This document shows positions 26,306 to 40,155 of a DNA stretch of 59,814 nucleotides, one piece after another. How positions within the stretch are numbered: the stretch's first letter is position 1; each line of letters begins with the position of its first letter. The DNA lies in contig NC_068995.1 in the NCBI RefSeq assembly GCF_001194135.2, positions 18,728,214 to 18,788,027 on the forward strand, written 5' to 3'. A program made the position numbers and the translations under genes. Source of the stretch: Octopus bimaculoides. Lineage: Eukaryota. The notes beneath the pieces were generated by a model. The model saw nothing but the letters and a program-made list of their open reading frames with translations, did not search any database and was not told the origin of the DNA.

Positions 26306-26963
26306 NNNNNNNNNNNNNNNNNNNNNNNNNNNNNNNNNNNNNNNNNNNNNNNNNNNNNNNNNNNNNNNNNNNNNNNNNNNNNNNNNNNNNNNNNNNNNNN
26401 NNNNNNNNNNNNNNNNNNNNNNNNNNNNNNNNNNNNNNNNNNNNNNNNNNNNNNNNNNNNNNNNNNNNNNNNNNNNNNNNNNNNNNNNNNNNNNNNNNNN
26501 NNNNNNNNNNNNNNNNNNNNNNNNNNNNNNNNNNNNNNNNNNNNNNNNNNNNNNNNNNNNNNNNNNNNNNNNNNNNNNNNNNNNNNNNNNNNNNNNNNNN
26601 NNNNNNNNNNNNNNNNNNNNNNNNNNNNNNNNNNNNNNNNNNNNNNNNNNNNNNNNNNNNNNNNNNNNNNNNNNNNNNNNNNNNNNNNNNNNNNNNNNNN
26701 NNNNNNNNNNNNNNNNNNNNNNNNNNNNNNNNNNNNNNNNNNNNNNNNNNNNNNNNNNNNNNNNNNNNNNNNNNNNNNNNNNNNNNNNNNNNNNNNNNNN
26801 NNNNNNNNNNNNNNNNNNNNNNNNNNNNNNNNNNNNNNNNNNNNNNNNNNNNNNNNNNNNNNNNNNNNNNNNNNNNNNNNNNNNNNNNNNNNNNNNNNNN
26901 NNNNNNNNNNNNNNNNNNNNNNNNNNNNNNNNNNNNNNNNNNNNNNNNNNNNNNNNNNNNNNN

Positions 26964-27010
<47 letters not shown>

Positions 27011-27012
27011 TA

Positions 27013-27044
<32 letters not shown>

Positions 27045-29724
27045 CCACGCACATCTATATATATATATGTGTGTGTGTGTGTGTATGCATTGGGGGAAGT
27101 GTCTGGCAAACGGTCCCATGAAGCTCTGTGTATGAGTTTGTTCAGATCTTTTTCAGCTTAAGTAAATATTATATTAAACAGCACATTATTCTACCTTTGG
27201 TATTTGAGTATCGTACGCCCACCTTGTTTTGCATCTATGAGCTTACTTCTACATGTGGATATATATCCATATATGATTGACATACATATATACAATTCAC
27301 GTCCATATATTTATACATAAATACATGCATATATACATATATACATGTATGTATATATGAGAAACCCTATGACATTTATGTATATATGTGTGTGTGTGTG
27401 TGTGTGCACGTGTGTGTGTACATGTGTGTGTGTGTTGCATGTTTGTGAGTGTATGTGTTTTAATTGTGTGTAATACACTGCACAAACAACAAAAGAAATA
27501 CTTTATTGTGATATTTCAAGTCTGCTTTTATTGGAAGCGTTTTAATGTGCCTCTCTTTTTTCTTTTTCTCTTTTCCTTTTTTTTTCTGTTTGTAACGTAA
27601 GAAATAACATGAAGTAATAGAACAAAGCAAAAAATATTGACGTCATTTTAATAGTAATTATATGGCTGCAGAATGAAACACTTTCACTAAAACATATTCC
27701 TTTTTATATTTGTTTTTCTTCATAATTTAATAATTCATAATCATAACCCTTTACAAGTTACTTACTACATATTTAAATTGAAAGTTGGGTAGATACCTTA
27801 AACAAACTTTTTCATAATGAAAGCTAATTTCTTTTTTATTGTTTGGTCCAGATGAATACTATTGTTCTGTTGGTTGTGGTAATGTTGCATTTCCTAAACA
27901 ATTTTAGACGAGTTGAGCAAAGGTCTTTCAGCGGTGACTATCTAGTCTCTTTGAATGTCATAATATCTGTATTGTCCTATGCAGTGTTCCATTTTGATAG
28001 GACGGAGTTTAAATCAAAGCGGTTTAGGCTGGTATTTCAGTACCATTCGAGCGAATATTTAGATTACTTTCGCCTTCTCCGTTAGTGAGCTTCTAAATCA
28101 GTGTTCATCCCGTTTCCTCCCCGAAATATATAAAAATGCATGAAAACAATTTGTCAATAGATATGAAAGGAAATTTAAATATTCCTGTAGATGCTGTTGC
28201 AATAATTTTGCCTCATTTCATGAAACCGATCATTTATGAAATGCTTTCAAATAATGATGTTGAGACAGATGTGGCTGCCCTTTCTAGCAGGTTATGCAAT
28301 CGATTAAAGTCTCTGCCATTTCCCCAAGATATTTATATAATTTAACTCCGGAATATTCAGTGTATATTGTAAGACATTTTAGGCAATACATTTGGCCTAT
28401 GCTGTGAATAAAGGTAGTTTTCACACTTATTCTTCTCTCGTCGACACGGGATATTCGAGATAAAAACTGTGCAGCGAAATTGGTAGTCTTTCGTAAGTTA
28501 GTGGATGATAACGAATGACTGCGACAAAATGCTCCACAATATTTACATTCGTGTTTGTCATTTCAATATAGAAATCCTGTTTTACCCATCCCATTGCGAC
28601 AAAGTTCATTACACCTTACACCTAGACACCCACATCTTTATCAATTTACTTAAAATATGACCGCTTTCGTATTAGTAAAGTGTTCGTTAGCTGAACATCA
28701 TCAAAATGTTTATGTTTCAGAAATTAAAGATTTGTACTACTTATATAGGTTCGGCCGATGAATGGTTGGGAAAGGGAAGGAATAAGTAATGGTAGGAGGA
28801 AAGTACCATGGAGCTGGAAAAGGAAGAGGCAAAGAGACGGGACAAAAAGAAAAACTAAGAGGGTGAGAAATCTGTTTTAAATTGTTGCAGTGAAAGTGTT
28901 GAAAGTGTTGAAGGGGAAAAAGTGAAGGAGGGAGGACAATCGCCAGTGATAAGGTAAGGGAGAAAGGCTATTTTTATTCGTTATCCTGATAGATATAACA
29001 GAAATTTGTATAAGGGAAGTTATACGAGAGAGAGAGAGAGACGAAAATAAGAGCGAATGTTTGACAAGATAGAAAAGACGAGGAACAACTTTTAATTTGT
29101 AAGTGTGAGTGCGAATAGATGTGAAAAGGGAGGAAACTGCTACTTGGGAGGAGACAAAGGGCAAGGTTTTGATATAAATATACATACGTATATTACATAG
29201 GAAAATTAGAATATGCGTTAAGAGTGACTAATAAAGGAAACCTAAAAAGTGAATCACCCCGTATATAGCGTAATTTACAAGATATTATCTGCTAGGACTA
29301 CATAAGAGTTATTGATGGCTTCATTGTTACTGGTAGTCATGTTAATATTAAGAACTAAATATACGTTAACAGGCAAATGTATGAAGTGAATTATGTCTCA
29401 GTAATAATTAAATATATATATATATATATATGTATATATANNNNNNNNNNNNNNNNNNNNNNNNNNNNNNNNNNNNNNNNNNNNNNNNNNNNNNNNNNNN
29501 NNNNNNNNNNNNNNNNNNNNNNNNNNNNNNNNNNNNNNNNNNNNNNNNNNNNNNNNNNNNNNNNNNNNNNNNNNNNNNNNNNNNNNNNNNNNNNNNNNNN
29601 NNNNNNNNNNNNNNNNNNNNNNNNNNNNNNNNNNNNNNNNNNNNNNNNNNNNNNNNNNNNNNNNNNNNNNNNNNNNNNNNNNNNNNNNNNNNNNNNNNNN
29701 NNNNNNNNNNNNNNNNNNNNNNNN

Positions 29725-29775
<51 letters not shown>

Positions 29776-29776
29776 T

Positions 29777-29813
<37 letters not shown>
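29725..29813. repeat. (GATA)n microsatellite
   Basis: Near-perfect tetranucleotide run adjacent to a gap. Confidence 0.95.
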
Positions 29814-29814
<1 letters not shown>

Positions 29815-30429
29815 GTGGAGGATTAAAATACTATAGACGAATATTTTAAAAATTAATAGTAGAAGAATTCAATTTTTGAAGAGTCATTATTTAGTTGAAA
29901 GTATAGCAGTTGGACGTTAGTGTTGCGATTAGAAAATTGACTTTTGGCATATGGCGACAATTATATGAAAATAGGTATATCTATATATATATGAAGATCC
30001 GACTGAAGAGTACTTCTGTTAACTTTTTATTAGAGATTTAACCTAAATTTCTTGTTTATCACAGATGCTAGTGTTTTCATCATAATGTAAACACCGTACC
30101 ACTCACCCCTTCCTGCCCTACTACATTATCTCCCATTCTACTCACCCAGATTTGCTCCACATGTCTACTAATCACCCTGTTCTCAAGCCATCAAATCTTT
30201 CTCCTAGATCTTGGCTTTTAAGCCCTCCATTATATTCATCTGTTCAGCTTAACCTAATTCATAACAGATAGATAAGCAATTGGGTTGTACTATCTATTGT
30301 GGAAGCAAACCATATACGCCTTCTCTAAGATGCTGTCAATAAACCGCTCGAGAGACGCTGTGTCTAATATATGAATTTATATCAATTCTTATTATTTCTG
30401 TAGTTACATATGAATATATGTGTGTGTGC

Positions 30430-30513
30430 ATTATTTACATTTGACGGATATTTGTCCTCATCTTGTTTATTAACACAACGTTTCGAGTTTTCGTAAGGTA
30501 TTTTTCGATGTTG

Positions 30514-30569
<56 letters not shown>

Positions 30570-30827
30570 GGTAACTGCCTGGAATCGAACTCAGAATTTG
30601 GGGGTTAGTAGCCCTCGCTCTTAACCACTATGCCATATGCCCGTGGAGTGACAATTATGGAGTGAATTTTAGGGTTTATAAATCTAATTTCCTATCCTTC
30701 CTTAATCCCATACGCTACTTATATCTGTACTCAGTTTACTAAAGAGTTTATTATGTCCTAGGATATGTGCTGCTTCTTTTAGTTTTCGTATTTTCCAGTG
30801 GTGTTCTTTGTCTATTATTTTAACTCC
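30430..30827 (-). mobile_element. Penelope-like element 3' end, minus arm: GIY-YIG C-terminus (30827-30702), tRNA-like head (30642-30570), (AAT)n, terminus with hammerhead core deleted
   Basis: Minus frame 30827-30702 is GVKIIDKEHHWKIRKLKEAAHILGHNKLFSKLSTDISSVWD*. A box TGGCATAGTGG (30635-30625) and B box GAGTTCGATTCC (30592-30581). The terminus GAAACGTTGTGTTAA...CAAGATGAGGACAAATATCCGTCAAATGTAAAT is present. Confidence 0.8.
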
Positions 30828-30851
30828 ACAAAGGAGTCATACATATTTCTT

Positions 30852-31092
30852 TTTGATCATATATGGAAAAATGGAGACCACCTCCACCTATGGGATGAAG
30901 TTAAAATAATAGACAGAGAACACCACTGGAAAATACGAAAACTAAAAGAAGCAGCACATATGCTAGGACACAACAACCTCCTAAGCAGACCGAGTGCAGA
31001 TATGAAGACTGGAGGCTATATCAGCCGAAGCCTTGTGTTAACCAAATACAAGATGAGGAAAAATATAAAATGTAAATATCAAATGTAAATAA
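30852..31092 (+). mobile_element. Penelope-like element 3' end, plus arm: GIY-YIG C-terminus fused to a degenerate hammerhead-bearing terminus
   Basis: FDHIWKNGDHLHLWDEVKIIDREHHWKIRKLKEAAHMLGHNNLLSRP fits the Penelope endonuclease C-terminal pattern H..W..v.IidrE..w..Rk.kEa. It is followed by ATGAAGACTGGAGGCTATATCAGCCGAAGCCTTGTGTTAA...CAAGATGAGGAAAAATA. Confidence 0.8.
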
Positions 31093-32468
31093 TATAAATA
31101 ATGTACATAATTTCTCGTGTGTGTATGTATGCGCGTGCATGTGTTTCTGTATGTGTATGTGTGCGCGTGTGATTGGGCGTGCACATGTCTGAGTGCATAT
31201 GCGTGGGTATGTATATGCATAAACACAGTATACTACAATGGGCAGATTTATTGAAAGTCCCCTAGAGTGATTCCATTTTTAGTAGATCACGTGTCCCCTT
31301 TAAAGTTCATTGATGTTAATCTAACCTAAATTTGCTCTCTAAATGATCTCACTCAACATATCACTGTCTCGAAACAGAAGAAATATGTGCAAGGTCTAAG
31401 AAATCGGATACTAATTATATGCTTTTTATAAAAAGCTCATTGGTGATACATTCAATAATTTACGAGAACTACGAGTGTATAATGTGTACATTTTCATTTA
31501 TGCACAGCTACAAGTTTGAATAAGTGATGGTGACCCTGAGAAGAACACCAGTTTAGCAGGGACAAATGTTATTGGCCCGGAATTTGAAAAGCCGTTCTCG
31601 TCATTTTTTCACAGATGACATGAAAATAATGCAAATAAGCAAGAAATAAATAAATAATGTAAATGAATACATGAAAAATAACAAATAACATTCGTCAAAT
31701 GATCTTCCGATTCGGACTGAGCCATTATCATATTATCTGTAAAATTCAGTGGGAGCCAGAGGCAGTGTGCCTGTAGAAATATATAAAAGTTTTGTTTTAA
31801 AAAGCGTTATGTTGAATATAGTATGTAAATAAAGGATAAATATTCGAAAGAAAATAACTTTGTTAAGACTCAATGCTTCGACAATTTGCTTTGTTTCTTG
31901 AGTTTCGAATATTTATTAAAAAAACCGACATTCAGCCGGACGTACATCTTTGTAGCTCGTTAAAAGTAAATATATTTGTTGATATTCATCCGCCGTTATA
32001 TCTAAAACGGAAATATTTGTCTGGAAGAAAAAAAAAAATTACACTTGCTTAAAATACTAAGTAGGCTTCATATATTATTCAGATGCTGTCGAACAGTTTG
32101 GTTATTGGCTCTCATAAGGAAGAGTCATCTTGTAAACTCCACATTTAACAAAGAAATAATAATTGTATTATTTATGAACACACAAATACATATGTGCAAA
32201 CGCAGACATCCTTTCTTTCCCTTCCACTCCTTCTGCTCTCACTTACTATACACGCACGCATACACGTACATTAGGTACACATACACATGCATACATACAT
32301 ACATACATATGTATATATATATGTGCTTGTGTGTATGTGTGTACGTGTATATATGTATATATATATATGTATATATATATATATTATACAAATTGAGTAA
32401 AAAACGCATATACTAACATTTAAATATACCTACATATGCATATGTAAATATCTATATGTATGTCTCCT

Positions 32469-32532
<64 letters not shown>

Positions 32533-32534
32533 CG

Positions 32535-32569
<35 letters not shown>

Positions 32570-33359
32570 TTTTGTGTAGTGCTAAATGGTTGTAGTTGCA
32601 TGTCACGTGGAGGGAACCATGACATTAATTAGATCAATGTTTACGAAAATGTTAATTTGATTAATTATTTAATTTTCACAATGTTAATATATAATAATTT
32701 GACATCATTTATGAACGTCTTAAAACTCTATCATTACTAGATATTTATCACTATCATTATGCGCCATCGATGGATAGTTACAAACTTCATTTGTAAATAA
32801 AATGGAAGAATTTCCCTATGCAAACACATTATTCCTCTCAGCATGATGTTAATAATAACAATTAACACTTGTTTGGATACTTATATTTTCATTCTGTTTG
32901 TTAAACACACATATTTTCTTTAGATGTCTGTAATAATTTTCGGTTATGTTTACATTCAAATTTCAAAACAATGCAATTCATTCATGTACAGAAAATGAAT
33001 ACCGCAATTAAAATTTAATTAATGATTTATCTTTGTAAACAAGGTACTTAAACTTAAGGTAGATATATTTCTACATACCTCACAAGTCTGCATTAATGTT
33101 TATTATTAATTGCTGATTTTCTCTGTATTAGGAATCCAAACTAAAATGCTTTTTTTTCCTAGTAACATGAAGGATTTCTATTCTATATGATTTAAACAAT
33201 TCTTTTTAAATGTAAATATATGAAATGTGTTTTCTTGTTTTCGTAACAAAAGTAATATTTAATCAGCTTGTATGATGAAGTTGATGATGATAAAATCTTG
33301 CACTTTCCACTTCATTACACTTCCATTCTGAAATTAATTAATACGATTAATTGTAAATA

Positions 33360-33558
33360 ACAGCGAACTGGCAGAATCGTTAGCACGACGTGAAAAATGC
33401 TTCGCAGGATTTTCTCCGACTTCAGGTTCTGATTTGAAATCAGCTGGGATCGTCTCTTCATATCATCCATTCGGGGTCGAAGAAATCAGTAGCAGTTATG
33501 CGCTGGGGTCGATATGATCGGCCAAACTTTCCGGCCTTGTGCCTTAAGTAGAAAGGAC
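33360..33558 (+). mobile_element. SINE family A (tandem pair, copy 1)
   Basis: GCGAACTGGCAGAATCGTTAGCAC...TTCGGGGTCG...GGCCTTGTGCC. Confidence 0.85.
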
Positions 33559-33562
33559 TTTT

Positions 33563-33782
33563 AAGGTGACGAGTTGGCAGAATCGTTAGAGCACCGCGCA
33601 AATGCTTTGCGCCATTTGGTCAGTCTTTACGTTCTAAGTTCAAACTCTGCCGAATTTGATTTTGTCTTTAAATCATTTATGGACCGATAAAATAAATAGC
33701 AGTCAAACATTGGGTTCGATGTAATCGACTTAACCCCTCCCCCAAACTTACTGGTCTTGTGCGAAAATATTAACCATTATTA
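33563..33782 (+). mobile_element. SINE family A (tandem pair, copy 2)
   Basis: GGTGACGAGTTGGCAGAATCGTTAG...GTTCTAAGTTCAAACTCTGCCG...GGTCTTGTGC, with a short ATT tail. Confidence 0.85.
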
Positions 33783-34749
33783 TTTTCATTAATTGAGTAA
33801 AGTAGTTATTTTCGCTATGGGGAGATTTAAATCTAATCGTATAAACGAATTTCATAATTATGATAAATATTCCATAATCAGTAAAGTATACATCAAAACA
33901 TACCAAATTATATTATCCGAGACATTCATAAAATCAAACCGCACCAAAGTCTCATATTAAAATGAAATGACCAATAAAATTGCCGACACCATTATATCTG
34001 CAGTATTCCTTACTTTATTACATGTATTAATGCAAGGAATCAGTGAGAAATAGACGAAAATTATAAGTTCATGGCTTTTGTGTTATGAATCCTGTATATA
34101 TTCATATAGAATTCCTATATTATATAATCTATACAATATAGTACAATTTTTTGAAGACGTAAGTCTATCAAATACTATTTAAACAAACTTGAATAAAGTG
34201 GAGCATCATTGTAATTCATAAAACATTGATCGAGACTTATGGAAACTGTGTATCTAATATGTCATACGGCATTTAATTAATTGTATCCGTTTCAAAATTC
34301 AAATAAACCACATAATTTCCTGTATGCGAGTAATTTGATTATTCGATTGTCTAGATAAAAATATATTTACTTGTCAGCTTCTTTTTTTATGATTTTGAAG
34401 AGATATTGTGTTTAAAGCATTACATCACTGAATGTGTTACTACATTGGTTCAAGACTAGTAAAGGCAAGGGATAGAAACTGATAAGTTGTAACAAGATAT
34501 AGGATAGCTGACAATTAGGTAATTCGAAGATAACAACGCTTGCTTGTATTAGGGCATCTGTAAAGAGAGCGTTTTTTCTATGAACCGAAATGAATATATG
34601 GGGTCAAGCGAAAACAAGGAAAGAAAAAATTCAACTGTGAATTCCGCCCTGGGTGCAATTTGTTCGAATAAAATGAGTCATATAGTTATTGGAATGATGG
34701 AATACAAGCATATATAGTTACTCATCTGTGATTGGTATTCGGTCTGTGG

Positions 34750-34800
<51 letters not shown>

Positions 34801-34852
34801 CATATATACATATACATATATACACCCAAACACACACGCATATGTGTAGTGT

Positions 34853-34892
<40 letters not shown>

Positions 34893-34946
34893 TCGTGTGC
34901 GTGTGTGTTTATGTGTGGGCATTTAAATGCTTATATGTATATATAT

Positions 34947-35070
34947 TGTTGTGTCGACGCCCCCAGATGATGGAGTAGTCTAGCCCAATACGTAGATATA
35001 GAGGGAGAAGTCTAGAAGTCAGAGTAGTTGAGTAGAGGTCATCCGAACATGAGATATAACAGTGGCGACA
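34947..35070 (+). mobile_element. Probable short or truncated LTR with primer-binding-site stub (Gypsy-like)
   Basis: Starts TGTT (34947) and ends AACA (35061), giving inverted termini, immediately followed by GTGGCGAC, a TGG-type PBS. No second LTR or internal ORF seen. Confidence 0.45.
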
Positions 35071-35113
35071 ATGATTTCGGCGCTCACACTGTCACTGTGT
35101 AGTATTGCGATAT

Positions 35114-35152
<39 letters not shown>

Positions 35153-35353
35153 ACACACACACATGCACACACACACATACACAAACACACACACATATAT
35201 ATATATATGAAGACAGTGAGAGACAGATACATATAAAGACGGANNNNNNNNNNNNNNNNNNNNNNNNNNNNNNNNNNNNNNNNNNNNNNNNNNNNNNNNN
35301 NNNNNNNNNNNNNNNNNNNNNNNNNNNNNNNNNNNNNNNNNNNCCGTGAGAAG

Positions 35354-35390
<37 letters not shown>

Positions 35391-35620
35391 TTTAAAAATG
35401 AGCGTCTTCGCATTTTTGGTCTTCTGTGAAGACGATCTTGTTAAGGCAGATCATTAACATTTCTTGTAAATAATTACTCTGGAATAAATTTGTTGAGTAA
35501 TAATTGACTGTAATCTAATTAATTTAACTTGACAAATGAAGATTAAACGCCAACAAACAAACACACACACCTGTAAACCCATATTTATATATAGGTATAT
35601 CTATCTATCTGGGTGTGTGC

Positions 35621-35674
<54 letters not shown>

Positions 35675-36482
35675 CTGTGTGTGTCTATGTATGCACACAC
35701 AACCATGTAGGAAATTGATGATTCATTATTTTGCAGTTCAGATCTTCTTGTCTGGTGTGACTCTCCTGGTGGTAGTGGAAGGAATGAAACTGATCTGGAA
35801 TGAAATCATTGTATTTTATTGCTGTGATTTTATCATTTCCCATTAATTACTCGACTCCAGTCCCTCATTACTCCGTTTCTCGTTTGCCATGTCTTTTAAG
35901 TAAAAGAAATCAAAAAGTCCCCTAAACGAGACGCTATAAGGTCGCAGGTTTATCCATTTCAGCTTTGGGGGCAGGAGTAAATTCAAATGATATGTTTTCC
36001 CCCAAATACAATGTAACCCCAAAACAGAAAGTGAAAATGCCATCTTCCGATCATAAATGCAATTTCCGGACCACTGCCCACCCGCTTTCACCTGATAACG
36101 TAAAGCGAAATGGCATTTGGCAACATAGGAGAGTTAGGATATTGATTGCTGGTGGCATTATATGCATATTTCAGGAAAGCATATATTACAAGTTTACTTC
36201 TTTACCTTTTCGACCAGTTGTCGCCATGCTGAAGGAATTATTTCTAGATTTCGCCAAACAAATCGATACCAGTAACAACTTAGCCTCTCGCACCTACTCT
36301 GAGTGCATTTCACTGTCATTACTAAGTAAAGAGCACAATTCTCTACTCTCCTCTTAAATGTGAAGGGCAGTATCCTTCGGTCTTTCGTTCTCTCACAGAA
36401 AGAACACCAATAGACCTCAACAACGCTACGGGTTTCCCAATGGCAACTACTTCCATCTTAAAGCTGCTACATAGCCTGGCGT

Positions 36483-36523
<41 letters not shown>

Positions 36524-36695
36524 TACATACATAAACAAACACATGCATACATACATACATACATACATACATGCAAGCATACATACATATATACATATAT
36601 GCGTGTGTGTGTGCATGTACGTATGTACATATATACATATGTGCATGTGTATGTATACATGTATCTATATATACATATCTATTTATTTATCTCCC

Positions 36696-36740
<45 letters not shown>

Positions 36741-36899
36741 NNNNNNNNNNNNNNNNNNNNNNNNNNNNNNNNNNNNNNNNNNNNNNNNNNNNNNNNNNNN
36801 NNNNNNNNNNNNNNNNNNNNNNNNNNNNNNNNNNNNNNNNNNNNNNNNNNNNNNNNNNNNNNNNNNNNNNNNNNNNNNNNNNNNNNNNNNNNNNNNNTA

Positions 36900-36937
<38 letters not shown>

Positions 36938-37854
36938 AAGAGAGACAGAGACAGAGATAGACACACAGTCAGATAGACAAACAGAAAAACAGACACAGAG
37001 ATAGATAGATATATAGATAGATAGATAGATATATAAATATAGATGCAGACGCATGTTTTTGTGTGTATATAATGTATGTATAGAAATACAAATGTGTTTA
37101 TCTTTTCTGTTCTTTGGCGGATTGCATGCCATTTTAGGAAGGCATATCGCATATTTCTAACAGTTCGATAAACTATGACTACGTTTTCCTGTTATCTTCC
37201 TTTCTGTGCAATATGTGTGAGTACTTAAATTTATGAATTTACGTACACACATACACACACGCGCACACACACGTTTACACTCACAAATATGTATACATAC
37301 AATATGTATATACCACCGTGTGAGTGCATTTGTGTGTATGAGTGTATGTCAATTCAGGCATGTATTTTCTGAACCGGTCTCTAATCTTCTTACACATAAA
37401 ATACATTTAAAGACTTTGAACATTTCTTTCTTTCGTCACTAAGTTAATTTTCATATCATTTCATATAAATCTATACAAAACTATTGAGGTTTCCTGTTAA
37501 AATTGAGGGTAACAACCGATGGCGTTAAAAATATGCATAACATTACAATTTACTGAAAACAATCATTGTATTACTAACATGTTATGTGCGCTTTCACGAT
37601 GTTTTACACAATTCTTATAGATCTGTACTGGAGTTCAATAAAAAAAAAAAGACATTTACTCTAATATCTAATATATGTTAGCACATGACTAAAAATTACG
37701 TGAATAAGATTGACTTATATATATATATATTTATACAATATATATGCCTACGTATACCTATATAAATAGATATACATAATATATGCATATATACATGTCT
37801 ATATATACATAGATATAATCTATATATATCTATACATGCATACATATATATATA

Positions 37855-37886
<32 letters not shown>

Positions 37887-38423
37887 NNNNNNNNNNNNNN
37901 NNNNNNNNNNNNNNNNNNNNNNNNNNNNNNNNNNNNNNNNNNNNNNNNNNNNNNNNNNNNNNNNNNNNNNNNNNNNNNNNNNNNNNNNNNNNNNNNNNNN
38001 NNNNNNNNNNNNNNNNNNNNNNNNNNNNNNNNNNNNNNNNNNNNNNNNNNNNNNNNNNNNNNNNNNNNNNNNNNNNNNNNNNNNNNNNNNNNNNNNNNNN
38101 NNNNNNNNNNNNNNNNNNNNNNNNNNNNNNNNNNNNNNNNNNNNNNNNNNNNNNNNNNNNNNNNNNNNNNNNNNNNNNNNNNNNNNNNNNNNNNNNNNNN
38201 NNNNNNNNNNNNNNNNNNNNNNNNNNNNNNNNNNNNNNNNNNNNNNNNNNNNNNNNNNNNNNNNNNNNNNNNNNNNNNNNNNNNNNNNNNNNNNNNNNNN
38301 NNNNNNNNNNNNNNNNNNNNNNNNNNNNNNNNNNNNNNNNNNNNNNNNNNNNNNNNNNNNNNNNNNNNNNNNNNNNNNNNNNNNNNNNNNNNNNNNNNNN
38401 NNNNNNNNNNNNNNNNNNNNNNN

Positions 38424-38476
<53 letters not shown>

Positions 38477-39535
38477 ATGTGTGTATCTGTATGTGTGTAT
38501 ACACACACATATATATACAGAGAGAGAGAGAGAGCGAGATGTAGATATATGTTTGTGTGTGTGCGTATGTGTGTGTGTCTGTAAATTCGTTTCCGTATGT
38601 ATGCTTGTACACACGTATGTATCAAATACATATTTCACGTTCATGTATAACGTACATAATAGTATTCATAGCTTGAAAACATATGCTGTTTCTTTCTACT
38701 ATTCCTTTGTATATTATATTCTTTAGGGCTGCTTATTTTTCCATGTTTCTTTTCATTATTATGTTTATTTATATATTTATTTATTTATTGGGACCTACCA
38801 ATTTACTGAATATACTCAAAGGCCATTCTTTGTGATATGCAGATATCAATATGAAAAAGTCATGTTAATTATTAAAACCTTTCTCTTTTCCCAGACACTC
38901 CTTTCATATAAATAATCATTTGACAATCGACATGCAATATACGATTGAAAAAAAAATACCAGTCGGGAAAAGACCAATTGAATTCTAAAATAGTTACCAA
39001 TATATTGGCTTTTAGATCGTTACATCCTGTGTTTAATATTACATTTTTTTAATATGCTGAGTAGCTCTGGTGTAAAACATCAAAGCAAACAGCCGGGAAT
39101 CATAGGTGTGCATTTAATAAAACAGTTCATGGATATTAACATCAGTTATATTAAAGACCATTATATGTATGTGTGTGTGTATACACATATATATATATGT
39201 ATGTATATGTGTGTGCATGTATATGCATATATATATACATATGTATATATGTATGTTTACATTCATTCATATATAGATTGTGTGTACATTTGTATATCTT
39301 TAAGTATATATGAATATATATACATATATACATTCATATAATATATNNNNNNNNNNNNNNNNNNNNNNNNNNNNNNNNNNNNNNNNNNNNNNNNNNNNNN
39401 NNNNNNNNNNNNNNNNNNNNNNNNNNNNNNNNNNNNNNNNNNNNNNNNNNNNNNNNNNNNNNNNNNNNNNNNNNNNNNNNNNNNNNNNNNNNNNNNNNNN
39501 NNNNNNNNNNNNNNNNNNNNNNNNNNNNNNNNNNN

Positions 39536-39591
<56 letters not shown>

Positions 39592-40025
39592 CCTACCCCA
39601 TGTGTCAGTACCCTGATGCATATTGTGTGAAAATACCTGGTCACTGAAGAAAAAAAAAAGCACACATGCTATTATATATCCATAAAACAAACTCAATAAC
39701 ATTCTAAGCTACTTCATTGTTTTAAAGCCATGTTCTTGTATGTTTTTTCATGCTTCCCTAATTGTATATAGTATTTTCATTGTTCCTATGAGTTCTAATT
39801 ATGTGTACATATCTATATGCATTCATTGTTTTGTAATTCGATATTTGGTGTAGATGTACTTTAGAATGTTTGTTGTTTATTTAGAGATTTACGCTGCCTG
39901 TCCTTGTATTGATGTGGACGGAGATATAGCTAAGTAATGGAAAGTTTAGCTAAAATTGCTCAAACGATCAAACATGCCACTTAATTATGTTAGAATTTCC
40001 TTCATGGGTTTCAGAGTGGAACTTT

Positions 40026-40061
<36 letters not shown>

Positions 40062-40121
40062 GTTATTTTTTACGACCCTATATTCGCATATATGCATGTA
40101 TATTATAACGGTATACATACA

Positions 40122-40155
<34 letters not shown>

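Noticed and set aside
24751-28345. Protein-like short ORFs at 24751-24993 (-), 25924-26130 (+) and 28136-28345 (+) as host exons
   Set aside because: No recognisable family motif and no convincing paired splice sites; lengths are compatible with chance.
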